A stretch of DNA of 63,793 nucleotides, filler included, from Octopus bimaculoides (GCF_001194135.2; 6 parts of 6 records of this genome joined end to end with filler, not necessarily neighbours in it), one strand, 5' to 3'; positions 36,313-49,348 are shown, numbered from the whole stretch's first letter. Notes: generated by a model not told the origin, from the letters alone. Translations and numbers: made by a program.

Positions 36313-36587
36313 CCCTTTTGATATTAGATAGCCTAAGGCTGCTCGTGGTTCTAGGACATCAACTTCCAATTTTGACCCTTTAGAATTTAAACCAGCCATA
36401 TCGGACCCAAATATTCTACCTGTTTTATGTTTAAATTAGCCATATCTGACCTCTCACACCTATCCTATGTCATTCTAAAAATAAACTATCATCGAAATTT
36501 TGAAGCTATGAGATAATGCATGACAAATTCAAAACAATGTGAATAAATAAGTATTACAGTCCACAGAGTAATCTGAATGTTGAAGGG
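36313..36587 (+). mobile_element. piggyBac-type MITE
   Basis: TTAA|CCCT...AGGG|TTAA (TTAA at 36309-36312 and 36588-36591). Confidence 0.85.
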
Positions 36588-36774
36588 TTAAAGTAATATC
36601 CCAAACATCAGATTAATAATGACCAAGTTATTTGACTAAATTCTGTTATAATGTGGATCCTCATTCATTTCTATGTTGTCGTCAGCACTGTAACATTCTT
36701 GTTGCCACTATTAGGTTGTGGCATTATTCCATGTCTTATCATCTTTGACTCGTGTATCATGTTATCACTAAGAG

Positions 36775-36930
36775 CTCCACGAGTTCAAATCTTGCCAAGG
36801 TTAACTTTGCCTTTCAGCCTCCTGGAGTTGATAAAATAAAACACCAGTCAAGCACTGAATTTGATGTTATCAACTTACACACCCTCCCCTCAAAATTACT
36901 GGACCTTGAGCCAAGATCAGAAACAGTTAA
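36775..36930 (+). mobile_element. SINE family C fragment
   Basis: gagttcaaatcttgccaaggttaactttgcctttcagcc. Confidence 0.75.
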
Positions 36931-37133
36931 AGTTTATTTATTAATGTGACTTTATGGCATTTTTATTTCACTTTTTTACCCAATGAAAATTCCGCACCGT
37001 CTCTGATTTCTTCTAGTAATTCACCTTTGTACACACCCCAAAGTCTTCTTTAGCCCATGTGGCCAATAAGAGAAATTAAAATTATTCTAATTTTAATTAC
37101 TACTAATTATCTTTATTTATCTTTTTTTCACAG

Positions 37134-37202
37134 GAAGTAAAAGGTTGAGGGTGAAAAAAGAAAAAAGAAATTTTTTTTTTTCCACCTCCCTCCATGCCAA
37201 AG
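37134..37202 (+). other. Candidate 69-nt exon (probably non-coding)
   Basis: Acceptor tctttttttcacag| and donor AAG|gtaaga. Confidence 0.3.
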
Positions 37203-37608
37203 GTAAGAAATGAACCAGTGACCTTTGTTACACCATCTGCAACTTTTTCTTTTTTATGTAATATATTCAGCTACTAAAAATATTTTTAAAATATCAAGAG
37301 AAAGAGGAATAGGGATGTTGTTATTATTATTATTATCATCATCATCATTATTATTAGTAGTAGTAGAAGGAGGAGGGAGTGATAGCAAAATGACAATGAA
37401 AATAGACGAGGGGGGAAGAAACAAGGAGTAGAAAGGAATTGGGGGACATGATGACAATGACAATGATGTAAAAGAAAGAGGGAAGAAGAAAAGGAGAAAG
37501 ATAGGAGGAGAAAGAAGAAGAAGATTATAAACCAAAATAGAAATACAGAAATAATCTGAATATATATAAGACACATACAACATATACATACATACACACA
37601 CACACATA

Positions 37609-37674
<66 letters not shown>

Positions 37675-38269
37675 AGTACATATATATATACACACACATA
37701 CATATATATATACACACACACATATATATATATATATATACACACACATATATACAGACACACATGCATATATATATATACACACACACATATATACAGA
37801 CACACATGCATATATATATATACACTCACACACCTACACACATATATATAAGGACATTATATAACACACGCACACACACACACACACACACAAAGGCAGG
37901 GTAATTTTACTAAGCTGTGTAGGGAAGGAGGATAGACTAATAAAGAAAATTATATAAAAAAGTCGAAATGCACCACCTAGCCAAATCCCTTCCCACCACA
38001 CACCCCTTATTGGATAATCCTATCTCCCACTCACACTACTTCACTTCTTTCCCTCCTCACCACCACCCCACCACCACCACCAACTACATCCTCTCTGAAA
38101 GATTTTCTCTCCCTGTCAAACAAACATCTTTTGAGTCACCAAACACTTCTCACACCATCACCACTGTTCGAAAATATAAAACAAATAAAGAAATAAAATT
38201 GTTGACCTACTTCTTTCTGTTACATCTTAAAGTATGTGTCCCACCTTTTGTTTCTTTCATAATAATTAT

Positions 38270-38600
38270 CTTGGCTGTGGTGGTAAGAAGCTTGCTTCCC
38301 AACTACAAGGTTCTGGGTTCAGTCCCACCATGTGCCACCTTGGGCAAATGTCTTCTACTGTAGTTTCAGACCAATCAAAGCTTTGTGAGTGGATTTGGTA
38401 GATGGAGACTGAAAAAAGCCTACTGTGTATGTGTGTGTGTATATATATATATATATATCATCATCATCGTTTAACGTCTGCTTTCCATGCTGGCATGGGT
38501 TGGACGATTTGACTGAGGGCTGGCAAGCCAGAAGGCTGCACCAGGCTCCAATCTGATCTGGCAGAGTTTCTACAGCTGGATGCTCTTCCTAACGCCAACC
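38270..38600. mobile_element. SINE family A head (+, 38270-38430) followed by family D (-, 38458-38600)
   Basis: Diagnostic motifs as in other copies. Confidence 0.8.
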
Positions 38601-39099
38601 ATGCCTTTCCTAAAGCCAACCATATATGTGTGTGTGTGTGTATTTATATATGNNNNNNNNNNNNNNNNNNNNNNNNNNNNNNNNNNNNNNNNNNNNNNNN
38701 NNNNNNNNNNNNNNNNNNNNNNNNNNNNNNNNNNNNNNNNNNNNNNNNNNNNNNNNNNNNNNNNNNNNNNNNNNNNNNNNNNNNNNNNNNNNNNNNNNNN
38801 NNNNNNNNNNNNNNNNNNNNNNNNNNNNNNNNNNNNNNNNNNNNNNNNNNNNNNNNNNNNNNNNNGAGATCTGCAGAAGATGAGGCATTATCAAAAGGTT
38901 CCTGAGCTAGTTCTGTTTAATAAAAAGTAACTTATTTACCCAAGTTTTACCATCATCTCTTTCGAAATAGTCACCTTGCACAGCAATACACCGGTCCCAG
39001 TGTTCTTGACTAAAAAAAATTCTTCAAGGTGGTGCCCCAGCATGGCCACACTCTAATGACTGAAACAAGTAAAAGACCCAAGATAAAAGATAAATATTC

Positions 39100-39273
39100 T
39101 TTTCTATTCTAGACACAAAGCTTGAAAATTTTGTGGAGGGTCCATTAGATTCACCCCGAAAGGATAAAAGGCAAAGTCGACCTTGGCGGAATTTGAACTT
39201 AGAACGTAAAGACAGACAGAATACTGCTAAGCATTTTGTCCAGTATGCTAATGATTCTGCCAGTTCGCCACCT
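39100..39273 (-). mobile_element. SINE family C
   Basis: aggataaaaggcaaagtcgaccttggcggaatttgaact; imperfect TSD aaaga(t/c)aaatatt. Confidence 0.82.
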
Positions 39274-39454
39274 TATAAAAGACAAATATTGACATTCTAC
39301 AGCATGCAGCTGAAAGATACACATGTGCTTCAAACAGGTATTGTTCCTTTTCTTATTTCTTTTCTCTCGTTTCTTATTCTACATTGATAAGGGATTCACT
39401 CAAAAAGGCATTAGTCTGCCCCTTTTCCTTTTCACAACATACAATTCACTATTC

Positions 39455-39660
39455 ATTTATTTGTTTCAGTTATTTGACTGTGGCCATGCTGGAGCACCAC
39501 TTTTAGTTGAACAAATCAACCCTAGGACTTATTCTTTGTAAGCCTAGTGCTTATTCTATCAATCTCTTTTGCTGAACCGCTAAATTACAGGGACGTAAAC
39601 ACACCAACATCAGTTATCAAGTGATGGTGGAGGTGTGGGGACAAGCAGAGACACACAAAC
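39455..39660 (-). mobile_element. SINE family A tail
   Basis: Reverse complement of the tail. Confidence 0.8.
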
Positions 39661-40178
39661 ATATACACACACACATATATTGTAAAAACTGGTCATTGCT
39701 ACTGGTGCCATCATATATAAGTAACCTTGGTCACTTATAGTCTAGATGGAACTGGAGTACAAATATGATTGGATTTTGTTGAGATATAATAGAATAAGTT
39801 CCACCATAGCAGTAGTCGTTGGGTTAATAACATCAACAACAAAAACCCATGTAGGTCTGTAATTTATAGCTGCCATCTCTAACAATGATTTCTACAAACG
39901 TCTGATGGCAACTGTAGTCTACTTATGATTGATTTTTGATAAATATCTTGTCTAATCTCTTTATGACCAAAACTTCGTACACATCTAATGTCTGAATGTT
40001 TGAGAGGAATAGTTGTTAATTGGTATAATTGTTCAAATTTTTTGGGCTGTAAATATTGACGAATCTCCCATCTCTGAAGATCAGTTTTAACTGCCTGAAT
40101 GGTAATCTTCCATCTGAGATCTATTTTTGACTAAGTCCTGATATACATCTTCAATTCATGTTTTTGACTAACTCTTAA

Positions 40179-40386
40179 CTCTTTAGTATTCAGATTACTC
40201 AGAAAAATGTAATGTTTATTTATTCACATGGTTTTGAATTAATCATCCATTATCCCAGAGCTTCAATTATGTGATTGTTTAACTTTAGACTGACAATGTA
40301 GGGTAGGTGTGAGAGGCCAGATATGAACACTAAAACAGGCAGAATATTTATTTGGGTCAGATATGGCCTGTTTAAGTGTTAAAAGG
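40179..40386 (-). mobile_element. piggyBac-type MITE, same family as 36313-36587
   Basis: TTAA at 40175-40178 and 40387-40390; shared tttattcacatggttttgaattaatc. Confidence 0.75.
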
Positions 40387-40458
40387 TTAAATGAGTACAT
40401 GCTACACCATGCTTTAGAAATCTGTTCTTTCAATGTGAAACGCTGTAGAAACAAGATA

Positions 40459-40670
40459 CAAAGGGGTGCTGAAAAGTTCCTGGCATTAAGGGTATCGCAA
40501 AAGGCCTGGTTGGAGGCCTGACCTTCTGAGTTCTTTTACAGGACTTAGAAAAACTGAAGGACCATTGCAATAAGTGTGTGAATCTGAGAGGGGAATATTG
40601 AATAAAATCATAATTAATTGATCCTCTTGTATTTTATTTAACCAAAGCCAGGAACTTTTGCAAATTCTCT
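40459..40670 (+). mobile_element. Mariner-derived MITE
   Basis: TA-caaaggggtgctgaaaagttcctggc ... gccaggaactttt inverted ends. Confidence 0.75.
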
Positions 40671-41386
40671 CTTCTCCATGCAAGCATGGAAAACTGGGTG
40701 TTAAATGATGATGATGAGGATTCCTGAAGAAATATTTATGACACAAAGTGATGAGATCACAAAGCATGTCCATCATAATAACCTAAACCAACAGACAAGA
40801 AGAAGGCATACCTCAGAATAGTTATTCTAACATGAGCTGTGAAACTTTCCAAGTTACAGAGCCCATGGGAGCAGGAATTCGGTTCGGAGACAGAAAATTG
40901 ATACCTGGGAATCAATCTCTTGTATATGAAAACACCAAACTGTAATCAACCTGCCTGTATTTAACCTACCTGGGCAGGTGATAGTGACATGACAACAGGT
41001 AAGAATCATTAACCTAAAAAACCAGATACACAATGGACATAAATATTCATTATATTTTATCACCAAATTTTATTGAAATTCATGCAAGAATTGTATTTTT
41101 AAAATTTTATATGGAACAGCATTTTCATTAAAAAAAAATCTGTCATTTCTACAAAGATGGAATATTTACAGAGAAAGCATGAAAGGAATTTTAGAGTTAA
41201 AGAACAACAAGCAGTTCATTTTCTAGGAAAGTAAGACAAGTACGAATCTGAAAACTAAGCATTTGGTGATGTGATGATGTTAAGGATAGCTAAATTAAGA
41301 CGAGATACAATTAACATGAATGGCTCAGATGTTGACCTCCAATGCAAACAGAATCACAATGGTTCCGTCTTTTATTTTAATTACAG

Positions 41387-41473
41387 ATGTTGTCTTTGGA
41401 CAGGGTATCTGCTCTGCACACAAAACTGCTGTTCTTTTGCATTTGTTATTGTGCTGTTTGCTCTTTGGACAAG
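41387..41473 (+). CDS. Putative first coding exon encoding a signal-peptide-like sequence (host gene unidentified)
   Basis: Intron 40999-41386 (CAG|gtaaga ... ttttattttaattacag|ATG); MLSLDRVSALHTKLLFFCICYCAVCSLDK then AAG|gtacta. Confidence 0.35.
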
Positions 41474-42989
41474 GTACTAGACAAGCTTGTCTGCTTACAT
41501 ACCAAGACCATTTTTTTTTTTGGCTTAAGACATGCAAAGAGAGGAAGAGGAGGAAAAGAGCCAAAGAGAGTTGATGATGGTAGTGGTGGTGGTGGTGGGG
41601 TGTAGGGGTGAAATAGAGTGGGTGAAAAGTTGTGGTGGATGTCAGCTGTACTGAATCAGATAAGTAATTAATAAAGCCGTTAAGTGGTTTAGAGTGCAAA
41701 GATTGAATCTGACATAAAAACAAAAAACAAACAAATGTTACATAAATTATATGGTTGTAATGAATAGAACAGTAAAAAAAAATACTTTAAAATAATAAAT
41801 AAAAATAATTAAAACTTTCCAAAGTTTGGTAGCTTTCCTCGTTAATTCACTGCATTAATTGCAGTAACTAGCAGCAGCGGAAGCAACCTCACTACTACCA
41901 CCACTACCACCACCACTAATATCAAGACCACCACAATCATCACAACAATAGGGGTGTTTATGGGAGCCAATGAAGGAGTTTTGATATGGTTGCATGATCT
42001 GCTAAATATAGCAATCAAATTTGTCTCCAAAAGAAAAAAAAAAAGAGAAAGACACATTGGATAATGTAGTCCTAGATACACTGTATCTGAACATGTGGGA
42101 GGATGAATTGGGTAGACTGCCAATGAGGCCATTTCTACATAGTCAATTTCAACCTGAAAGAAATAGCAACCAAATTTTTCTCAAAGTCACATTCTTCTGT
42201 TGTAAAAACAAAGAAGAAAACATGTTGGACAGTGTTGTTTTGCCTACACTGTGAAAATAAGAGGACAGGGGACAGACACCTTGGGGAAGAGGGGCTGAGA
42301 CTGGCCCCTGGTTCTATGATACAAACTTCCAGTCATAAAATGATTTATATCATGGCAAAAAACTAAAAAGAGGGCAGGTGTGGCAAACTCCCTCCTTCAC
42401 CAAAGGCCAATCATACAAGAATGGCTAATGAAAAGGTGATTACACTGGCAGTGCTCCAGCATGACCACAAACTGGGCTGAAACATATAAAAGAAATATAT
42501 TTTGGGCAAGGAGGGAAGATAGGTGTAAGACAGTGTGAGACCCCCTGATCTACATGCTATAGGTTTGGCTCATTCCGAGTTGATCTGGGACTGAATAACA
42601 TACTTGAACACTGAAGCTAATGCCATATGTCTATTTCAGATGGTTGCTTGTCCTTTGCTTTTGAAGATCACCAAGACTCAGCCTATCAAACACTGAACAC
42701 AAGTGTGTTGGTTACAGGGAATTCCTGACAGCTTCCACCACCTGTATTAAACCTTTCACATAAGGAAATTGCAGAAGTGCTCATATTTCATTGTTACAGA
42801 TGCACATGATACCCCCCCCCCCCCCCGCCAAATCACAGCAACAAAAGTTTCTGTTGGTCTTCTGATTTAAAGAAAACTGAGTTTTCACTTGTACTTAAAC
42901 TTGTGACGCTGTGGCAGGGCTGCAGCACACAGTCACTCTTACTCTCAATAGTATATTTCAGACTACAGAGTAATGGATAAGTCAGTGTT

Positions 42990-43320
42990 CGCAGGGCTCA
43001 GTGGTTATAGTCCCAGGCTCACAATCGTGAGACTGTGAATTCAATTCCCAGACCAGAACGTGCATTTGTGTTCTTGAGCAAGACACTTTATTTAACGTTG
43101 CTCCAGTTCGCTCAGCTGCAGAAATGAGTTGCGATGTCACTGGTGCCAAGCTGTATCGGCCCCTTTTCCTTTCCCTTGGATGACATCAGTGGTGTGGAGA
43201 GAGGAGGCTGGAATGCATGGGTGACTGCTGGTCTTCCATGAACAACCTTGCCTGGGCTTGTGCCTCAGAGGGGAACTTTCTAGGTGCAATCTCAGGGTCA
43301 TTCATAAGCGAAGGGGGCTT
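42990..43320 (+). mobile_element. tRNA-headed SINE with CORE/V-like central segment, different tail
   Basis: ggctcagtggttatag...gaattcaattcc...gttcttgagcaagacactttatttaacgttgctccag. Confidence 0.75.
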
Positions 43321-44225
43321 TTATCCTTTAATATACCCAATGCAGAAAATATTTAACATTACTAATTCTAAGTATGTGGTGAGGAAATGAGAAAACAAAG
43401 CAGTAGACAGAAACTGAAAAAGACCACCATATTTACATGTGTGTGTGTGTTTGTGTGTGTGTGATTGAGTTCATATTTCCCTTTGTCATCATGTGTGTTC
43501 ACTGACTGTAAAAAAAAAAAAAAACCCTCACTCTTCATACAAATGGTGTCCTTTGCTTGCAGCCCACTGTAAAAGCATGTCTGGGCTGATCATTGTTCAA
43601 TAGATGGAAGTGGGGTGGGATGGGGAAATTATTACTTTGCTTGGAAACTAGTAAGAATTGGCATCATAAAGGACATACATCAGTCATAGAAAACTGCTCC
43701 AATGTAGTTTTGTCTGAGGCAAGCAAGCATGGAAAAGGGAAAACTCAGTAAGCATTCAAATAATCTATTATAAGTATATAACTGAGTTGATTTTACTATA
43801 TCCTATACAACAAAAGCATAGTAGCAGATGGGGATTAAGAACCAGTACCTCTAATGAATTCTATTTAAATCATTTTGATTGAAGAGAGTCATGCATGACT
43901 GAATAAGCTATAAAGCAGACAACTACTGAAGTATTTCACGGTTCACTGCCTGCTATTGACATCTTGTTCTGTTCATGACCAAGACACTTAACACTTTAGT
44001 ACCAAAGCTGTATCAACTGTAACTCAGTCTTCTTTTTAATCCTTTAACTCCATGTGGGGCATAGAGTGCCAATAAAAGATCTCCCTACAGTTGTCTCAAA
44101 GTGTAGCTATCTGCCTGCCAGTGCTACAGTTGCTGTGGACCTTCTTATGCTGTTATTTGGCACTGTAAATTTATTAGGCATCAATATACATATCACCATC
44201 ATCATCATCATCATCATCAATTTAA

Positions 44226-44899
44226 CCCTTTAGCAATCACATTATTCTGTCAAAAGTAATACTTATTTATTCACATCATCATCATCATCATCGTTTAACG
44301 TCTGCTTTCCATGCTAGCATGGGTTGGACGATTTGACTGAGGACTGGCGAGCCAGATGGCTACACCAGGCTCCAATCTGATTTGGCAGAGTTTCTACAGC
44401 TGGATGCCCTTCCTAACGCCAACCACTCAAAGAGTGTAGTGGGTGCTGTTACATGCCACTGGCACGAAGGCCAGTCAGGAGGTACTGGCAATGGCCACGC
44501 TCGAAATGGTGTATTTTATGTGCCACCTGCACAGGAGCCAGTTCAGCGGTACTGGCAACGAACTCGCTCGAATGTCTTTTCATGTGCCACTGGCACAAGT
44601 GCCAGGAAGGCAACGTTGGTAACGGTCACGCTCAAATGGTGCTATTTACATGCCACGAAAGCCAGACAGCTGGTGCTCTGGCAACGATCACGCTCGGACG
44701 GTGCTCTTAGTGATTTACTGATTTACATAGTTTTGAATTAATCGAGCATTATCTCATAGCTTTGAGATTTTCATAAGGTAACAATTTATTTTTAGAATGA
44801 TATTGAAAGGTTAGTGTCAGAAACCATATCTGGCCAAGATGAGCATAAAAAAAAGGTAGAATATTTTGGCTGGATGTAGTTGGTTTAAATGCTAAAGGG
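44226..44899 (-). mobile_element. piggyBac-type MITE split by a family D insertion
   Basis: TTAA at 44222-44225 and 44900-44903; ends CCCT...AGGG. Confidence 0.85.
44279..44722 (-). mobile_element. Family D repeat with four tandem ~65-bp modules
   Basis: (CAT)n tail at left; modules at ~44451, 44518, 44582, 44648. Confidence 0.85.
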
Positions 44900-45142
44900 T
44901 TAATATCCATTTTTCAATGCTTGCATGACTCAAAAGGAATTTACAGCAACAGATTTTCTATGGCCAAATGACTAGGGTCCATCTGGAGGATGAAACACAA
45001 AGATATAACCAGGAGTTAGAGTAGAAGATACTTTCCCAAGTTGCCATGCAGTGGGATTGAACTTGAAACCATGCAATTGGGAAGCAAACTTCTTAACCAC
45101 ACAGCTATGTCTATGCTTATATGTCTGGAATTGGAGCAAAAG

Positions 45143-45455
45143 TGCTTGGCTTAGTGGTTAGAGTATTTGGCTCACAATAATAAGGTCAAGAGTTCAATTC
45201 CTGGCGGCATGTTATGTCCTTGAGCAAGACACTTTATTTCACATTGCTCCAGTCCAGTCAGCTGGAAAAAATTAGTTGTACTTGTATTTCAAAGGGACAG
45301 CCTTGTCACACTCTGTGTCTTGCTGAATCTCCCTGAGAACTACGTTAAGGATACACACGTCTGTGGAGTGCTCAGCCACTTGCACGTTAATTTCATGAGC
45401 AGGCTGTTCCACTGATTGGACCAACTGGAATACTTGTTGTAACTGACAGTGTGTC
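45143..45455 (+). mobile_element. SINE, paralog of 30617-30935
   Basis: tggcttagtggttagag...gtccttgagcaagacac...gagcaggctgttcc. Confidence 0.85.
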
Positions 45456-46369
45456 AGTTCTTTTTGTTTTTTGTCTTGCATTTTACATACATGATCAGCC
45501 AGCTCTCAGGCAAAACTAAGGAGAGTGTAATGTTTTTTTTATATATAACTGACACACACATATATGTAAATGCCTATATATGTATGTATGCACATGTATG
45601 TATACACACAGACACAGACACATGTGTTAGTAGTGGTGAAGTGCCTTTATGAATGGCCTACATTCTAAATTTGAATGAAAGCATGAAAATCATGGCTTGC
45701 ATGGCTAAGCATGAAAAATTCTTATGAATTCAACCTGACTACAATTGGTCTTTTGTGAAAACTAAGCTAAGCCAGTGTCTAGTTCAAAGAGAAAGATATA
45801 CTATTAAAGCCAGACAGAATTAGTTAGGTTAGAAAACAGAACAGAGCTGGATTATGTATCATGAGATTACGTGTTGCTCCGGCCTATCTCACAGACAAGC
45901 AGGACTTCTGAGCAATGAAACTCTGGAACCAAATATGCATGATGATGATGATGATGATGATGTCGTCCTTTTTTTTTTTTTTTTGTCGTATTCTATATGT
46001 TTCAAGGATTAAACATACATTGGTTTCTAAAACAGGCAAGTGCAAGGCCATGCATTTCGAAGGAGCATACAGAGAATATCACCTTCAGATAATTCTTTCT
46101 TAGTTCTTATTTTACTGACCCCTAGAAGGATTAAAGACAAAGTCAATTGTAGCAGGATGTTAACTCAAAAGGTCAGAAATGATAGCTAAATATTCAAAGC
46201 AATTCCTGATTTATTCTACAGATATTCTATGTTATTTCACTATATGAGATAAAGCTGTCTTGCAAGAGTCATTATGCCAATGATAATAAAACACACGATA
46301 CATGTGTTATTATTGGTATATTGCATGCGCTATTCTTCTTCTTCTTCTTCTTCTTATTATTATTATTAT

Positions 46370-46680
46370 TACCTCCATCTTAGTGAAGGCGGAGGTATTG
46401 TTTTCAGTCATGTTTGTTTGTCCGTGGGCAAGATATCACAAAAACTGCTGGATGGAGTTGGATGAAACTCTCAGGGATGTTTGGCCTCCTAATTGGCATG
46501 AACTGATTAGATTTTGGGATCAATCCGGTACCGGACAAAGATTCTGGATTCTGGATTATTTTTCCTGTTTTTTTACTTAATTTCTGAGAGCAGTTGGATT
46601 CATTTTTAGTATTCTGGTTTATGAGAGCAGTTGAGTTTATTTCAGATATTCTCATTTTAAAAATCATCTCTGGCTCATCT
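46370..46680 (-). mobile_element. Helentron/HINE-like element, second copy
   Basis: Terminal hairpin cctccatctt-agtg-aaggcggagg (46372-46395); body homologous to 26319-26676. Confidence 0.55.
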
Positions 46681-48164
46681 GGTCCTTAGCAGTTCAGCAA
46701 AAGAGACTAATTGAATAAGTTACAGAGATGTAAACAAACCAACTCTGGTTGTCAAGCAGTGGCAGGGGAGAGGAGACAAACAGAAATATATGCACAAATA
46801 CATACATCTTTATATATATATATATATGACAGGCTTCTACACAGTTTCTGTTTACCACATTCACTCACAAGCAGTGGTCAGTCTGGGAAGATAGTACAAG
46901 ACACTTGCTCAAGGTGCCACACAGTGGGACTGAACCTAAAATCACATGGTTGCAAAGCAAAGTTCTTAACCATGCAGCTATGCCAACATCTAATATTTGA
47001 ATTTCAGTATTTTTTTTCTTCTTTTTCTTTTGTTCATCAATGAAATTGCCTTGCTAGAAACATTAGAATTCATGTCTTCAACACAGCATACAAATTTATT
47101 CATATTTGCAAATTTTATTTACAGAATTGTGCCGAAGCATACCACCACAAGTTTTCCCCCACATATTCTGGGGTTTTTTTTAGTTTTTAGTCTTATTTTA
47201 TTTGTTACGCAAATATAATGAATTGAAATCAAAGAGATTAGTGGTAGTTTTCATTTACTTGCCGATGAAGAACTTTGCTGCACAAAACATTAAGATATTT
47301 ATTTCTTCATCAAACAACACTCTGGCATGCCTCAGTTTTCACTACCTCAGCCAACGCTGCACAGTTTAGAATTAACGTGTATATGAGAGCAACACAGATG
47401 CATTTGATGTGTTTCTTTAAAATAAATCCATTCATATTTTTTTCTTAATTGTTACCTGATTTCATAGCATGACAGAGATATAAAGGTGGAAAAATCCAAC
47501 TAGTTAAAGGTAATAAATACGCCTATTATACCTAAATCATTTTTACTCAGCTCTTTCAAGTACAGAGTTGCTACACAGGTTACAAGTTTGATGCAACACA
47601 AACATAACAGCTACCTCTCATAATCAGACATTTTTTACAAAGCCTCACCTAACACAATTCTTCCTAGAATTCTTATTTTCATCTTAAAGAAAAAAATATA
47701 ATTAATCATAATTTTTTTCTTTTTAACTTTTCAAGAAAATGACTTTTGTTTTCTGTTTTAATTTTTTTTTCTTTTTTTGGCTGTTTCTAATAATTAAAGT
47801 CATGTTAACTTGGCAGTGAGTTAAGTAGTTATTTAGCCCCAGGCAAGCTCTGAATGAGTAAACCTTATCATCAAAGACATTCCTTCAATGAACATTCCAT
47901 GTTTATTTCAGCCAACATAATTTAGTTCCTGTTATTCACTGCTTCTGTTTCTATTAAACAAAAATAAACAAACAACAAAAAAAGCAACAACAAAGAGAGA
48001 ATGATTTGCGAGAGATTTGGTTGCTATTTCTAGCCTATGTTGTTGGCTCATGTTTTGTTAAATCGACAGGTTAGATACACATAGTGTACACGTTCTAACC
48101 AATTTCTATACTGATAATATAAATGGTTTTCTTTTAGTTCCACCAATGCTCCACCAATGGACTT

Positions 48165-48560
48165 ATCATCATCATTGTCATCTTAACACCCACTTTCCCA
48201 TGCTAGTATGGGTTGGAAGGGGTTTGTTGAGGCAGATTTAATACAGCAGGATTCTTCTCTTAAATCCTCATCTGTTTCCAAGCAAGGTAATTGCGGAGTA
48301 TCAGGAATGAATGACACTGTTTGAATGATAGTGACACTCACAACTGTCACGCAGTGTCAAGACAAAGAGAAACAAACACACAAACACACACAAAGGCAGA
48401 CACACACAGACACACATGATGAGCTTCTTTCAGTTTCCATCTACCGAATCCAGGGCTTTGGTTGGTTCAGGTCTATGATAGAAAACACCTGCCCAAGATG
48501 TTGTGGAGTGAGACTGAACCTGGAACCAAGTGATTGGGAAGCAAACTTCACAACCACACA
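48165..48560 (-). mobile_element. SINE family A head joined to an alternative (GAT)n-ending tail
   Basis: Head 48420-48560; tail homologous to 29245-29515 and 51235-51470. Confidence 0.7.
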
Positions 48561-49348
48561 GTTACATCCGACCCAATGAATTAGTGAATGGCAGTATGTA
48601 TCAGAGCAAGTTCTTTGAATTTAGAGGTGCCTGTATCATCTATACAAGTGGGTTCCAAAGTGTTTCTGTCATGATTCAGTTTCATTCACAAAACTTGGGT
48701 TGATCCAAAATTACAGTAAAAAACACTGACCCAAGATGCCATGCTGTGGGATTGAACTTGAGTTCCCAATGACTGTGTGGTATCAGAAGCAAGGTGGCAA
48801 CATTAATTGCTCCACCTAACTTCACTGAACAGTGAAACTAAGATTCAAACTAACTGGCAAGCCCTCTCACTCACTCTATTTTACATCCTCTTTTTCCTTC
48901 TCCCTCTCTTTCTCTCACCTCTTAGAATTTACTTTGTCTTCGTAAACAGAAATAAAAAAAACTCCACTGGTTGCCAAGTACAACATTGATTTTGAAATAT
49001 GTTGACCTGGAATATGAAGCCTGAAGTATAAAATATCAAAAGACAATAGCTATGCGCTATTGTTGAGAGAGAGAGAGAGAGAGAGATGGGGGAAAGATGG
49101 AATAAAAAATTTCATTTCTAACACAATGTATATGAAAGAGTGTGTGTGTGTGTGTGTGTGTGTGTACTTATAAAGAGAGAGGTGTTGCCTCAACAGAATC
49201 AAGAGAACTGGGACCATAACTCTAAAACTAAATATACATAGTTCAAATCTAGCACACATTGATTTTGGAAGCTCCATTTATTTTATGCTGGCACAAGTTG
49301 GGCAAGACTTATTGAAAGAGCCTTCTTTATACCATACTTATTATATTA

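Noticed and set aside
42090-42150. Minus-strand exon-like VEIDYVEMASLAVYP with a good acceptor
   Set aside because: The acceptor lies in a dispersed repeat (tttggttgctatttct...) also seen at ~3190, 30185, 32255 and 48015
47341-47349. let-7 seed complement ACTACCTCA
   Set aside because: A 9-mer is expected by chance in 64 kb; no let-7 hairpin or known UTR context
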